A DNA stretch of 64,000 bases from Candidatus Omnitrophota bacterium (GCA_003598025.1 QZKH01000002.1:10133-74132), one strand, 5' to 3'; shown: positions 19,093 through 29,247, counted from the first letter of the stretch. Made by a program: numbers and translations. Notes: generated by a model not told the origin, from the letters alone.

Positions 19093-19772
19093 TAAAGCCG
19101 GTATTTCTCAGTATCGTAGTCTGTCTTTTATGCCAGGGCAAAGCTGTAAGCGCACCTTGCTATGGAGCCAGAATGCCTAAAAAGAACGAGTTCCACGCGG
19201 GAGCCTCTAATTACTCAATACTGAAAAGGTATTTGGAGAATGAACAAGGCAAAATAAGAAGTTCTCAGAATTTTTTTGACCTCTCTTACGGTTTATATGA
19301 TTGGCTTTCTATCGATTTAAAAGGCGGCACAGGGAATATCAAACAGCATCCTGTGGGGGCCGATGAGCTTGATTATCCTTCGTCATTTGCTGGAGGGTAT
19401 GGTTTCAGGATAAAGTTTTTTGATAGAAATCAATTTAAAGCTGTCTGCGGATTCCAGCATATCAGCGTGCATCCGGAAAAAATTCGCGTCGGTCAAACAG
19501 GGCATGCTGCAATACTGGATGATTGGCAGTTTTCAGTATTAATATCCAGGCAGGTAGCAAATATTGATCCTTATATCGGTGTTAAATTATCAAGGACAGA
19601 TTATATACACAGGCAGGACGGCATAAGAGAGCGGTATATGTCAGACCTGACTAAGAATATCGGTCTTTTCTTAGGCATAGACCTGCCTATTACAGAAAGA
19701 TGCTGGTTTAATATTGAGGCGCAGTTTGTGGATGTCCAGGCATTTGCCGGCGGCATAAAATATTCCTTTTAA
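19068..19772 (+). CDS. Secreted protein, putative outer-membrane β-barrel
   Basis: An N-terminal signal peptide (VFLSIVVCLLCQGKAVSA), alternating hydrophobic β-strand patterns, and a C-terminal ...GGIKYSF ending in Phe. Confidence 0.4.
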   Translation: MYDMPVKIIKPVFLSIVVCLLCQGKAVSAPCYGARMPKKNEFHAGASNYSILKRYLENEQGKIRSSQNFFDLSYGLYDWLSIDLKGGTGNIKQHPVGADELDYPSSFAGGYGFRIKFFDRNQFKAVCGFQHISVHPEKIRVGQTGHAAILDDWQFSVLISRQVANIDPYIGVKLSRTDYIHRQDGIRERYMSDLTKNIGLFLGIDLPITERCWFNIEAQFVDVQAFAGGIKYSF

Positions 19773-19773
19773 G

Positions 19774-20907
19774 ATGATAAATAAAAAAAGAGTCGTAAAA
19801 TTATTGCGTGATTTAATCCGTATCGATTCGCAGAATCCGGGAAGCGATGAGCGCAGGATTGCATATTTCGTTAAGGGCCACCTTGACAAGCTTGGGTTTG
19901 TAACAAAAATATACGAGTTTAAGGGCAGGCGCTCTAATGTTATCGGGATTTTACGCTCCCAAAAGCCGGCAAAATCACTATTAATAACACCGCATTTAGA
20001 CACTGTCCCCTATGGCAAGAAATGGAAAGTCAATCCATTCGCCGGTTCCATAAAAAACGGCAGGATCTACGGGTTGGGTGCTACAGACTGTAAGGGCAAT
20101 TTGGCCTGTGCTTTAGAGGCAATAAGCAGCATTGTTGAAGAGAACGTAAAATTAGAATATAATTTGGTCTTTGCGGCTACTGCAGATGAAGAGTGCGGCT
20201 CAAGCCTTGGTTTATTGCCGTTATTAAATAAAGGCCTGCTTAGAAGTGATGCTGCTGTGATTCTTGATTCCGATGATTTCGGGATCGTAGTGGCACAAAA
20301 AGGATTGTTGCACCTGAAAATCAAGATTGAAGGCAGAAGGGCGCACGGCGCATATCCTTGGAGAGGCATTAATGCCATTGATCTATGTCTACAGGTGATT
20401 TCAGGTATAAAAAAGCATAAGTTTTCATACAAGAAAATAAAGTACCTCAGGCCGCCTACTGTAAATGTAGGCACGATAAATGGCGGGGATAAAGTAAATA
20501 TTGTGGCAGACTGGTGTGAATTTGAGCTGGATGTAAGGTTTTATCCGGGCATGTGTTCAGAGAGAGTGGTAAATGATATAAAGAAAATAATAGGATCCGT
20601 TTGCCCTAAATATATCTTTCAGATAGAGGCACTGCAGCAGCCATTTCAAATCAGCACCAAGCACAGCCTGGTTAATCATTTGAAGTCCGCTATGCTTAAG
20701 TCCGGTATTAAACCTGAATTCGTCGGCTCCGAAGGGGCGACGGTAATAACCTTTTTACATGAAAAGGGTATACCGGTTATTGCTACCGGATTTGGCGTAT
20801 CCGGTTGCGAACACACCTCTGATGAATATGTGACAATAAATAATTTACTCAAGGGAAGTTTAGTCATGGAATATTTTTTAAAAGATTTTAAATTCAACCA
20901 GCGATAA
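19774..20907 (+). CDS. M20 family metallopeptidase (ArgE/DapE-like deacylase)
   Basis: ITPHLDTVPYG, GRIYGLGATDCKGNLA and ATADEECGS are the M20 metal-binding and catalytic motifs. Confidence 0.75.
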   Translation: MINKKRVVKLLRDLIRIDSQNPGSDERRIAYFVKGHLDKLGFVTKIYEFKGRRSNVIGILRSQKPAKSLLITPHLDTVPYGKKWKVNPFAGSIKNGRIYGLGATDCKGNLACALEAISSIVEENVKLEYNLVFAATADEECGSSLGLLPLLNKGLLRSDAAVILDSDDFGIVVAQKGLLHLKIKIEGRRAHGAYPWRGINAIDLCLQVISGIKKHKFSYKKIKYLRPPTVNVGTINGGDKVNIVADWCEFELDVRFYPGMCSERVVNDIKKIIGSVCPKYIFQIEALQQPFQISTKHSLVNHLKSAMLKSGIKPEFVGSEGATVITFLHEKGIPVIATGFGVSGCEHTSDEYVTINNLLKGSLVMEYFLKDFKFNQR

Positions 20908-20927
20908 TAAATATAAGGAGAGCAATA

Positions 20928-21911
20928 ATGGCAAATAAAATAAAACTCTTAAAGAAACCAAAATTAAAAAACCCATACCTCATTGTGGCCTGGCCGGGTA
21001 TAGGGGAGGTAGCCTTTAAGGCGGCTACTTATCTTGTTGAACAGCTTAAAGCCACCGAGTTTGCAGAAATGGAGGCGGAGGAATTTTTTTATCTTACCGG
21101 CAGCGTAATACGTAACGGGATAATGGAGACGCCGCAGCTTCCTTACAATAAATTTTATTACTGGAAAAACAAAACAGGAAGTAACGACCTGATAATTTTT
21201 ATAAGCAATGCGCAACCCGACCTTTCCCGCGGGCAAGATTATTGCCAGGAAATAATTGACCTGGCCAAAAGTTTCAAGGTAAAAATGGTGATTGGCTTTG
21301 CCGCTATGCCCCAGCCCATAGAACACACCCAGCAGCCGGGTGTCCGTTTCGCCTGCACTTCCGCAAAATTGAACAATGAAATGAAAAAACACGGCTTTAC
21401 TACTTTGCCAGAAGGCCAAATAAGCGGGATGAACGGTTTATTTTTGGGGATCGCTAAAAGGGAAGGCTTAGAGGGGGTTTCATTTTTAGGAGAGGTACCC
21501 CTTTATACCATCCAGATTGAAAACCCCAAGGCCAGCTATGCAATATTAGATGCGTTAAACAGGATTTTAAGGATAAGCCTCGATTTCACCGCTTTAATCG
21601 AACAGATGCACGCCGTAGATGAGGAAATAAACAAACTCTTAGACTATCTTAAAATCGGCACGCAGGCTTCAGGCCCGATTAATGAAGACGAGATTGAAAA
21701 GATAAAAAAGACATTAGGCCAGCTTACAAAACTGCCTTTTTCCGTGAAGGAAAAAATAGATAAGTTATTCAGCTTGGCAAAAAATGATATTGCCAAGGCC
21801 CAGGAACTAAAGAATGAACTTGATAAGTGGAACGTCTATAAGGACTATGAAGACAGGTTTCTGGACCTGTTCAGGAAAGATTCGGGTGCAGATAAAGAGA
21901 AGGACAATTAA
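20928..21911 (+). CDS. PAC2 (proteasome assembly chaperone 2-like) family protein
   Basis: The N-terminal KKPKLKNPYLIVAWPGIGEVAFKAATYLVEQL matches the PAC2-family N-terminal consensus. The C-terminal half is coiled-coil-like. Confidence 0.45.
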   Translation: MANKIKLLKKPKLKNPYLIVAWPGIGEVAFKAATYLVEQLKATEFAEMEAEEFFYLTGSVIRNGIMETPQLPYNKFYYWKNKTGSNDLIIFISNAQPDLSRGQDYCQEIIDLAKSFKVKMVIGFAAMPQPIEHTQQPGVRFACTSAKLNNEMKKHGFTTLPEGQISGMNGLFLGIAKREGLEGVSFLGEVPLYTIQIENPKASYAILDALNRILRISLDFTALIEQMHAVDEEINKLLDYLKIGTQASGPINEDEIEKIKKTLGQLTKLPFSVKEKIDKLFSLAKNDIAKAQELKNELDKWNVYKDYEDRFLDLFRKDSGADKEKDN

Positions 21912-21913
21912 TC

Positions 21914-22528
21914 GTGATAAAAACAATAATATTTGACTTGGGCAGGGTGCTGGTAGATTTTAACCATCTGACTGCTGCCGATAAGATTTCAAAACTTTGC
22001 AAAAATAGCCCGCAGGAAATATTTGACCTTTTTTTTGATTCTCGCCTCACGGCAGATTTTGAGAGCGGGAAAATAAAGCCCCTTGAATTTTTTTCAGGAG
22101 TAAAAAATATTTTAAAGATTGATATCGGCTACGAGGAATTTAAGCAGATATGGAATGATATATTCTTCCGTACAGAAAGGAATATTGAAACATATGAATT
22201 AGCGCGTTATTTAAGAAGTAACTACAGGTTAGCCATGCTTTCCAATATAAATGTACTTCATTTTGAATATTTAAAAACCAGATTCCCTATTTTTGAAGCA
22301 TTTCATGATTTAATGCTTTCTTACGAGCTGGGTTTAAGAAAACCAGACCCCCGTATTTATAAAAAAGCCATAGAGATAGTCGCAGCTAGCTATCCGCATG
22401 AGATATTCTATACGGACGACAGGCCTGAGTTAATTGAGAGCGCAAGCTTATTAGGCATAAAAAGTTTCGTATTTGAGAATACAGAAAAACTAAAAAGCGA
22501 TCTTGCATCTTGCGGAGTGGTAGTTTAA
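21914..22528 (+). CDS. HAD-superfamily hydrolase (subfamily IA-like)
   Basis: Motif I IIFDLGRVLVDF and a distal TDD motif (IFYTDDRPE). Confidence 0.65.
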   Translation: MIKTIIFDLGRVLVDFNHLTAADKISKLCKNSPQEIFDLFFDSRLTADFESGKIKPLEFFSGVKNILKIDIGYEEFKQIWNDIFFRTERNIETYELARYLRSNYRLAMLSNINVLHFEYLKTRFPIFEAFHDLMLSYELGLRKPDPRIYKKAIEIVAASYPHEIFYTDDRPELIESASLLGIKSFVFENTEKLKSDLASCGVVV

Positions 22529-22576
22529 TCAAGGATGTAATCAGTTTTATGAAGTTATTAAAACTCAGAAGGGTTT

Positions 22577-23590
22577 ATGATTCTTAAAAATGACAAGATA
22601 ACTTTGGGCCACGGCGCCGGAGGAAGGCGCATGCACAGCCTTATAAGCGAACTCTTTCTCAAGGAGTTCAATAACCCTGTACTCTCTGAGTTAGGAGACA
22701 GTGCGTTAATTAATATCAAGGGCCGGATCGCTTTTTCCACAGATTCATTCGTTGTAGACCCGGTTATCTTTGAAGGCGGAGATATCGGTAAATTAAGCGT
22801 TTGCGGGACGATAAATGACCTTGTGGTGTCCGGGGCTATCCCTAAGTTTTTATCATTGGCTATCATAGCAGAGGAGGGCCTGGATATTCTATTGCTTAAA
22901 AGGATAGTTGCATCTATAAAAAAATCTTCCAAAGCAGCCGGCATTACGATAGTAACCGGTGATTTTAAAGTCGTGGAAAAGGGTGCCTGTGACAATATAT
23001 TTATCAATACTGCGGGGATAGGGATTTCGATTTCCGGCAGATTATTAGCTGCCGATAGGATAGTAAACGGCGACAAAATTATAGTCACCGGGAATATAGC
23101 CGAACACGGCTTAGCGGTATTAAGCAGAAGGATGGGTTTTTCTTTAGAAGGCCAGATAAGAAGCGATTGCGCAGCATTAAACGGCCTTATATTGCCTGTT
23201 TTAAGAAGGTTCAATAGCATAAAATTTATGCGCGACCCGACACGCGGCGGCCTGGCTACGACATTAAATGAGATTGCCAAATTGGCAAATGTAGGCTTAG
23301 TCATAAATGAAAAGGATATACCTGTCACCAGCAAGGTAAATGCCGGTTGCGAATTGCTGGGCATGGATCCTTTGTTTATTGCCAATGAAGGTAAAGCTGT
23401 AATAATAGCTGAGAGCAGGCAATCTTTGAGAATTGTGGATATGCTGCGCAGGCACCCTTTAGGCAAGAATGCAGCGATAATAGGCAGTGTTGTTAAAAAT
23501 CCGGCTCGAAAGGTTATAATAAAGACAATTACCGGTTCCAGGCGTGTATTAGATATGGCTCCGGATGAAATTACGCCAAGAATATGCTAG
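22577..23590 (+). CDS. hypE: Hydrogenase maturation protein HypE (AIR-synthase-related, carbamoyl dehydratase)
   Basis: N-terminal KITLGHGAGGRRMHSLI (HypE GHG(A/G)GG motif) and PurM-like N and C domains. It is 337 aa and ends in ...PRIC with the conserved terminal Cys. Confidence 0.8.
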   Translation: MILKNDKITLGHGAGGRRMHSLISELFLKEFNNPVLSELGDSALINIKGRIAFSTDSFVVDPVIFEGGDIGKLSVCGTINDLVVSGAIPKFLSLAIIAEEGLDILLLKRIVASIKKSSKAAGITIVTGDFKVVEKGACDNIFINTAGIGISISGRLLAADRIVNGDKIIVTGNIAEHGLAVLSRRMGFSLEGQIRSDCAALNGLILPVLRRFNSIKFMRDPTRGGLATTLNEIAKLANVGLVINEKDIPVTSKVNAGCELLGMDPLFIANEGKAVIIAESRQSLRIVDMLRRHPLGKNAAIIGSVVKNPARKVIIKTITGSRRVLDMAPDEITPRIC

Positions 23591-23748
23591 GGAGCAGATT
23601 AAAGCAAAGTTTTTGATAAAAATACCCCCAATTTTTAAAAAAACCTTGACAAACAAACAGCATTATGATTAAATTAATTAAATAGAAAAAAATTTTTAAT
23701 TTTTTTTGGAGGAAGAATAAAATAAATTGAAAAAAATAGTGTAAAACC

Positions 23749-23780
23749 AAGGGCTCTGATTTTACGGAGCCCTTTTTTAT
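23749..23780 (+). terminator. Intrinsic terminator-like hairpin (AAGGGCTC-N10-GAGCCCTT followed by a T6 run); possible attenuator in the leader of the ATP-grasp/kamA operon
   Basis: Directly visible: an 8-bp GC-containing stem 23749-23756 / 23767-23774, a 10-nt loop and a TTTTTT run. It lies only 10 nt upstream of the ATG at 23790 and about 100 nt downstream of a TTGACA box at 23646. Confidence 0.45.
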
Positions 23781-23789
23781 GTTTTTAAA

Positions 23790-24779
23790 ATGATATCCGT
23801 AGGATTAACATACGATTTAAAATCAGATTATACATTTAAAGAAGGCGACCCGCCCGACGCAAATGCCGAGTTTGACAGTCCTTCTACCGTTGACGTTATT
23901 GCAAATGCCATAAAGGCATGTGGGTTCAACGTTAAGAAGATCGGCAATGCCAGCAAGGTGCTGGAGAATTTCGGCAACCTCGATGTAGATATAGTGTTTA
24001 ATATTTCAGAAGGCCTTACCGGGCGCAATAGAGAATCCCAGGTACCTATACTTTTAGAGATGGCCGGCATTCCTTATGTGGGTTCCGATGCTTTTACTCT
24101 GGCACTTACATTGGATAAGGTAATGGCTAAGAAGATCTTTACTGCCGGAAATATACCCACCCCGAAATATTTCGAAATAAAAACCGAGGAAGAATTAATA
24201 AACCTTGACCATTGCAGGTTCCCCTTAATAGTGAAGCCGCGTTTTGAGGGCTCCTCAAAAGGATTAAGTGAAAACTCAAGAGTTGCAAATGAAAAAGAGC
24301 TTAAAGCCCAAGCCAGCCGTATAATAAATATTTACAAACAGCCGGCATTGGTAGAAGAATTTATAAGGGGTAAAGAGTTTACTGTGGCTGTCGTCGGTAA
24401 TGATAGTCCCGAGGTCCTGCCGGTTGTGCAGATAAAAATTGACGGCAACCTTGATTTAAAAGACCAGTTTTATACTTTTGCCCGTATAGCCAGCGATAAA
24501 CTTGAGTACGTTTGCCCGGCCAAAATAAGCAAAAAACTCGAGAATAAAATTTCTGAACTGGCCTTGATGACTTATAATGCGGTTGAATGCCGTGATTTTG
24601 GAAGAATTGATTTCCGGGTTGATGAAAAGGATAATCCCTATGTCTTAGAGATCAATCCTTTGCCGTCACTTTCCACCGAAGATGTATTTATGCTTCTTGC
24701 GCAGAATAAAGGCATGACTTATGCCCAGATGATCGGGAAAATACTTAACGGTGCATTTAAGAGGTACGGAATCGTATAG
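23790..24779 (+). CDS. D-alanine--D-alanine ligase family ATP-grasp enzyme (paralogue 1)
   Basis: Ddl N-domain (GIPYVGSDAFTLALTLDKVMAKKIF), a central ATP-grasp region (PLIVKPRFEGSSKGLS...ALVEEFIRGKEFTV) and a C-terminal EINPLPSLS. Confidence 0.75.
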   Translation: MISVGLTYDLKSDYTFKEGDPPDANAEFDSPSTVDVIANAIKACGFNVKKIGNASKVLENFGNLDVDIVFNISEGLTGRNRESQVPILLEMAGIPYVGSDAFTLALTLDKVMAKKIFTAGNIPTPKYFEIKTEEELINLDHCRFPLIVKPRFEGSSKGLSENSRVANEKELKAQASRIINIYKQPALVEEFIRGKEFTVAVVGNDSPEVLPVVQIKIDGNLDLKDQFYTFARIASDKLEYVCPAKISKKLENKISELALMTYNAVECRDFGRIDFRVDEKDNPYVLEINPLPSLSTEDVFMLLAQNKGMTYAQMIGKILNGAFKRYGIV

Positions 24780-25808
24780 ATGAAAATTGCGCTTGCGTGC
24801 AATTTGAAGAAGAAGGACAAGACTAAGCCGGTAGATTATTTCTCGGAATTTGACTCCGAGGAAACAGCGCAGGCGATAATTTCTGCTTTGGCTAAAAAGG
24901 GCCATAGCGTTGATTTTGTAGATTTGAATTATCCCGATATTTTGTCATATTTTCGGAAAAACAGGGTTGACATGGTATTTAATATCGCCGAAGGAAGATT
25001 CGGTAAATACCGTGAATCAGAGGTACCGGCAGTTTTGGATTATTTAAAGATCCCTTATACCGGTTCAAGGCCGTTTTCTCTGGCATTGGCGCTTAATAAA
25101 TCTCTGACAAAAAAGATACTTATTGCTGAAGGTATCCCTACTCCTAAATCACAGCTCTTTCTAAGAGGGGACGAGGAATTAAACCCGGAATTAAAATTCC
25201 CGTTGATTGTCAAACCTAATCGTGAGGGTTCGGGTAAAGGCATAGGTTTATCAAGCGTTTTTCTTAAAAGAGAGACGCTTTATGATAAGATTAGAGAGAT
25301 AATAAAAGTTTATAACCAGGAGGCACTGGTCGAAGAGTTTGTTGACGGCAAAGAATTGACCGTTGGTATATTGGGTAATAATAACCCGACGATCTTGCCT
25401 ATATTAGAAATAGATTTTTCTGATTGTGTTTCAAGCGGAGAATATTTTTACAGCTGGCGTATGAAAGAATTTCAGGGTAACAAAGATCTGGGGTTGACCC
25501 CGAAATTCTACTGCCCTGCAAGGTTAGACCAGGAAACGGCAAGCATAGTCAAGGCAGCTGCTTTAAAGACTCATAAAGCAATAGGGTGTTTTGATATATC
25601 GCGGACTGATATACGTTTAAATAAGGATAATACCCCTTATGTTTTAGAGATTAATCCTCTACCTGGGCTTAATCCCCGGGAATCAAACTTCCCGATGATG
25701 GCATATGCCGCAGGTATGAAGTATGAGGATATAATAGAGTCGATACTTATTAGCGCTTCAGAAAGAGAAAGGAGCAAAATTGGGCAACCAATTAGTAACC
25801 GAGAATAA
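24780..25808 (+). CDS. D-alanine--D-alanine ligase family ATP-grasp enzyme (paralogue 2)
   Basis: KIPYTGSRPFSLALALNKSLTKKIL, PLIVKPNREGSGKGIG, ALVEEFVDGKELTV and EINPLPGLN. It has the same architecture as the upstream gene and starts 1 nt after that gene's stop. Confidence 0.75.
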   Translation: MKIALACNLKKKDKTKPVDYFSEFDSEETAQAIISALAKKGHSVDFVDLNYPDILSYFRKNRVDMVFNIAEGRFGKYRESEVPAVLDYLKIPYTGSRPFSLALALNKSLTKKILIAEGIPTPKSQLFLRGDEELNPELKFPLIVKPNREGSGKGIGLSSVFLKRETLYDKIREIIKVYNQEALVEEFVDGKELTVGILGNNNPTILPILEIDFSDCVSSGEYFYSWRMKEFQGNKDLGLTPKFYCPARLDQETASIVKAAALKTHKAIGCFDISRTDIRLNKDNTPYVLEINPLPGLNPRESNFPMMAYAAGMKYEDIIESILISASERERSKIGQPISNRE

Positions 25809-26955
25809 AGCTGTAAATGAAGCTACCGCGCAGCCACGCTCTAGGAGATCGCAGGATTATCAGCAGATAAGCCTGTATAAAGACGTCAACCCTTTAGACT
25901 GGGAAGATTGGCATTGGCAACTCAAACACAGAATTTATTCCAAGGACGACCTTTCGCAAATAATAAAAATCACTTCAGAGGAAGAAGCGGCAATAAAAAA
26001 GGCTAGCGGCAGGTTATCTATGGCCATAACTCCTTATTGGGCTTCTCTAATCGACCCTGAAGACCCGGCATGCCCTTTAAGAAGGCAGGCAGTGCCAGTA
26101 TTGGCGGAATCAGAAATCGGCCCGCATGAAATGACTGATCCTTGCGCAGAAGACAGGGATTCACCTGCCCCGCACCTGGTACACAGGTACCCGGACAGGG
26201 TCCTGCTTTTAGCAACCGAGCATTGCGCTATGTATTGCCGTCATTGCACCCGACGCAGGCTAGTCGGCGAACATCCTGAGTCTAAAACCGATTCCAGGTT
26301 CGATCAGGCGATAGAGTATATAAAATCCAACCGTAAAATCAGGGATGTGCTTATATCGGGAGGGGATCCTTTGGTTATGGAAGACGAAGATATCGAGGAT
26401 CTGCTTAAAAAGATCCGCTCGATATCTCATGTAGAATTTGTCAGGATCGGCACGCGTGTGCCCGTGACCCTGCCTCAGAGGATAACGGAAAAATTAGTAA
26501 ATACCCTTAAAAAGTATTCTCCTGTTTGGATGAGCATACATTTCAATCATCCTAAAGAGATCACTAAACGTTGCAAGATGGCATGCGATATGCTTGCCGA
26601 TGCCGGTATACCGCTAGGCAGCCAGACAGTCCTGCTCAAGGGCATAAATGACAGGCCTTATATCATGCGTAAGCTTGTGCATGAACTCCTCAAAATAAGA
26701 GTCAGGCCGTATTATATATATCAATGCGACCCGGTAAAAGGCACTCAGCATTTCAGGACATCGGTCTCTGCCGGGATCAACATCATGGAGAAATTACGCG
26801 GGCATACCTCTGGATATGCTGTGCCGACTTATGTTATTGACGGGCCAGGAGGCGGAGGTAAGATCCCCGTCGGGCCTAATTATATCTTATCTCAGGCTAA
26901 AGGCAAGTTCGTCCTGAGAAATTACAAGGGCAAGATTTATACTTATTCAGAATAA
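25780..26955 (+). CDS. kamA: Lysine 2,3-aminomutase family radical SAM/PLP enzyme (KamA-like)
   Basis: Near-collinear with B. subtilis KamA: WEDWHWQLKHRI, ITPYWASLIDPEDPACPLRRQAVP, DSPAPHLVHRYPDRVLLLATEHCAMYCRHCTRRR (the CxxxCxxC radical SAM cluster). TTG start with an AAAGGAG RBS. Substrate (lysine, glutamate or another amino acid) is not resolvable by eye. Confidence 0.8.
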   Translation: MGNQLVTENKAVNEATAQPRSRRSQDYQQISLYKDVNPLDWEDWHWQLKHRIYSKDDLSQIIKITSEEEAAIKKASGRLSMAITPYWASLIDPEDPACPLRRQAVPVLAESEIGPHEMTDPCAEDRDSPAPHLVHRYPDRVLLLATEHCAMYCRHCTRRRLVGEHPESKTDSRFDQAIEYIKSNRKIRDVLISGGDPLVMEDEDIEDLLKKIRSISHVEFVRIGTRVPVTLPQRITEKLVNTLKKYSPVWMSIHFNHPKEITKRCKMACDMLADAGIPLGSQTVLLKGINDRPYIMRKLVHELLKIRVRPYYIYQCDPVKGTQHFRTSVSAGINIMEKLRGHTSGYAVPTYVIDGPGGGGKIPVGPNYILSQAKGKFVLRNYKGKIYTYSE

Positions 26956-27176
26956 TAAGTTATTTGTCTCCAGCCACATCCATTCCTCTTAAAATACTAT
27001 CTCCATATCTGTCCATTATATGGTGCTTTTAGCGCAGGATTATTAGTATGCCTGTTCATGATAGATTGTTAACCTATTAATAAATTTACAGAATTTTGCT
27101 GTTTAGAAGCGCTGGCTGATCTTTGCTAGGTTATGTGAACTGTGTTCTACGGGCTAAATCCACCCTTCTTTATTCC

Positions 27177-27205
27177 TTGACCCTTAAATAAGCCTATTAT
27201 ATAAT
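27177..27205 (+). promoter_or_regulatory. σ70-type promoter (TTGACC-N17-TATAAT)
   Basis: Read directly: TTGACC at 27177-27182, a 17-nt spacer, TATAAT at 27200-27205. It lies about 85 nt upstream of the EF-G-like ATG, which has the RBS AAAGGAG. Confidence 0.6.
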
Positions 27206-27291
27206 TCATATATTGCTTGATAAATCAGCTATGATCTTTGTCCTGCCTGCACAAGCCTTCTTTTTAAATATTTTAAAAAAGGAGTTGCGAT

Positions 27292-29247
27292 ATGGATGCA
27301 AAGAACAAGAGGAGTATTATCCTTTTAGGGCATGCTCAATCCGGTAAAACCAGCCTTGCCGAAAGCATGCTTTATTTTACCAAATCCAGCAGCAGAAAAG
27401 GCACAATAAATGACGGCACCACTGTCAGCGATTATAGCAGCGATGAGATCGAAAGAAAAAGTTCAATAAACTTAAGTTTCATGTTCTGTGATCATAAAGG
27501 GGTAAGGATCCAGATTGTTGATGCCCCTGGTTATGCCGATTTCCAAGGGGAAGTGTTTTCTGGAGTAAGGGCGGTAGATAATGCCGTTATAATAGTTGAT
27601 GCCTCTGGAGGGGTTGAGGTAGGGACAGAGAGGGCCTGGCAGCTGGCGGAAGAGTATGAGCTACCTGCCATTCTATTTATTAATAAGACAGATAAAGAAA
27701 ACTCCGGTCCGGAAAAGGTATTGACAGATATCCGTCAGAGGCTTTCTCCCAAGGCAATGGTTATAAATTCTTTGGAAGACCCTGAACTGGTTGAGGCGAT
27801 TGCAGAGAGCGATGATAAACTGCTGGAAAAATATCTTGAAGGCGCCAAGCTTACAAGTGAAGAATTGTCTTTAGGCCTTACCCTGGCAGTATCAAAAAGG
27901 AAAGTATTTCCCGTAATAGCAGGCTCAGCTTTGGCTGATAAAGGCATAGCAGAACTTTTAGATGCGGTTGTTAATTATTTGCCCAGCCCTTTAGAAAGAA
28001 AAGTAATGGCGCATGAGCCCTTAGGTAATACAGAAAAAGAAATCTCCTGTAAGCCCGATGAGCCGTTTTCTTCCTTTGTATTTAAAAGCTTTTCTGACCC
28101 GTATATAGGGCAATTAACGCTGTTAAGGGTTTTTTCGGGGGGGCTTGCTGCTAATACCGGATTTTATAATGTAAGCAAGAAGCTTAAAGAAAAAATCGGG
28201 CCTATTTATATGCTGCAGGGTAAAGAACAAAGGCCTGTTGATTCTGCTTCTTGCGGGGATATAGTTGCTATCGCTAAATTAAAAGATACCTTCACAAATG
28301 ATTCTTTGAGCGATGAGAAGCACCCCGTAGTATTTGATCCGATTGTTTTTCCCGAACCGGCGATATCAGCATCGGTTAAGCCAAAGACCAGCCATGATGA
28401 GGAAAAGATCTCCATAGCCCTGCATAAACTGGCAGCTGAGGACCCCACTTTTAAGTCAACGCATGACCCTCAGACGAAAGAATTGATTATTTCCGGATTA
28501 GGGGACCAGCATTTAGATGTAATGGTCGGGCGCATGAAAAAAAGGTTTCATGTTGAGGTAGATGTGGGCACTCCCAAAGTTTCCTACAGAGAGACGATTT
28601 CTAAGTCGGCTAAGGTACAAGGCAAATTTAAGCGTCAGTCAGGCGGCAGGGGCCAATATGGTGACGTATGGCTTGAGATACAGCCGCTTGAGAGAGGCGC
28701 GGGTTTTGAATTCGTTGATAAGATTTTCGGCGGAGCAATACCGAGAAATTATATCCCTTCGGTTGAAAAGGGCGTATTACAGGCTTGCCAGGAGGGAGCA
28801 ATAGCAGGGTATCCTATAGTTGACCTGCGTGTCATACTTTTTGACGGTTCCTATCATGAAGTAGACTCTTCTGATATGGCCTTTCAGATCGCCGGCTCCA
28901 TGGCTTTAAGGAAAGCAATACTGGCGGCAGGCCCGATTTTACTGGAGCCTTTTATGGATGCAGAGATTGTGATCCCCGAGGAATATTTAGGAGCGATATC
29001 CGGTGATATGAATTCACGGCGCGGCAGGATCATAGGCATGGAGATAAAAGGCAAGAAGCAAATAGTAAAGGCGCAAGTACCGCTTTCAGAGATGTTTAGG
29101 TATGCTAATGATCTGCGTTCAATTACCGGAGGAAGGGGCGTTTATACTATGCGCTTTTCGCATTATGGAGAAGTACCGCATAAAGTATCCGCTAATATAA
29201 TCGCACAATATCAGTCAACAAAGAAGCAGGAAGAAGCTACGGTTTGA
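27292..29247 (+). CDS. EF-G family translational GTPase paralogue with divergent G motifs
   Basis: EF-G five-domain architecture (651 aa), but G1 is [10 protein letters not shown] rather than AHIDAGKTT and G3 is DAPGYADF rather than DTPGHVDF. NKTD (G4) is conserved. The C-terminal domains IV/V are EF-G-like (e.g. GDQHLDV, GGRGQYG). Confidence 0.75.
   Translation: MDAKNKRSIILLGHAQSGKTSLAESMLYFTKSSSRKGTINDGTTVSDYSSDEIERKSSINLSFMFCDHKGVRIQIVDAPGYADFQGEVFSGVRAVDNAVIIVDASGGVEVGTERAWQLAEEYELPAILFINKTDKENSGPEKVLTDIRQRLSPKAMVINSLEDPELVEAIAESDDKLLEKYLEGAKLTSEELSLGLTLAVSKRKVFPVIAGSALADKGIAELLDAVVNYLPSPLERKVMAHEPLGNTEKEISCKPDEPFSSFVFKSFSDPYIGQLTLLRVFSGGLAANTGFYNVSKKLKEKIGPIYMLQGKEQRPVDSASCGDIVAIAKLKDTFTNDSLSDEKHPVVFDPIVFPEPAISASVKPKTSHDEEKISIALHKLAAEDPTFKSTHDPQTKELIISGLGDQHLDVMVGRMKKRFHVEVDVGTPKVSYRETISKSAKVQGKFKRQSGGRGQYGDVWLEIQPLERGAGFEFVDKIFGGAIPRNYIPSVEKGVLQACQEGAIAGYPIVDLRVILFDGSYHEVDSSDMAFQIAGSMALRKAILAAGPILLEPFMDAEIVIPEEYLGAISGDMNSRRGRIIGMEIKGKKQIVKAQVPLSEMFRYANDLRSITGGRGVYTMRFSHYGEVPHKVSANIIAQYQSTKKQEEATV

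Noticed and set aside
22558-23466. 302-aa – strand ORF completely overlapping hypE
   Set aside because: It lies antisense to a well-supported HypE with a GHGAGG motif and full PurM-like domains. The translation is low-complexity (Ser/Pro/Ile-rich) with no recognisable motif, as expected for a shadow ORF of an AT-rich gene.
23646-23669. TTGACA … TATGAT as a σ70 promoter for the ATP-grasp operon
   Set aside because: The spacer is only 12 nt. A TTAAAT hexamer at 17-nt spacing (23669-23674) is a weaker but geometrically valid alternative. The promoter assignment is therefore uncertain and not listed as a feature.
26956-27176. Possible tRNA or small RNA in the 335-nt gap before the EF-G-like gene
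   Set aside because: No cloverleaf-compatible segments (no GTTCRANYC T-loop, no acceptor or anticodon stems) and no conserved riboswitch-like helices were recognisable by eye. Only the promoter is reported.
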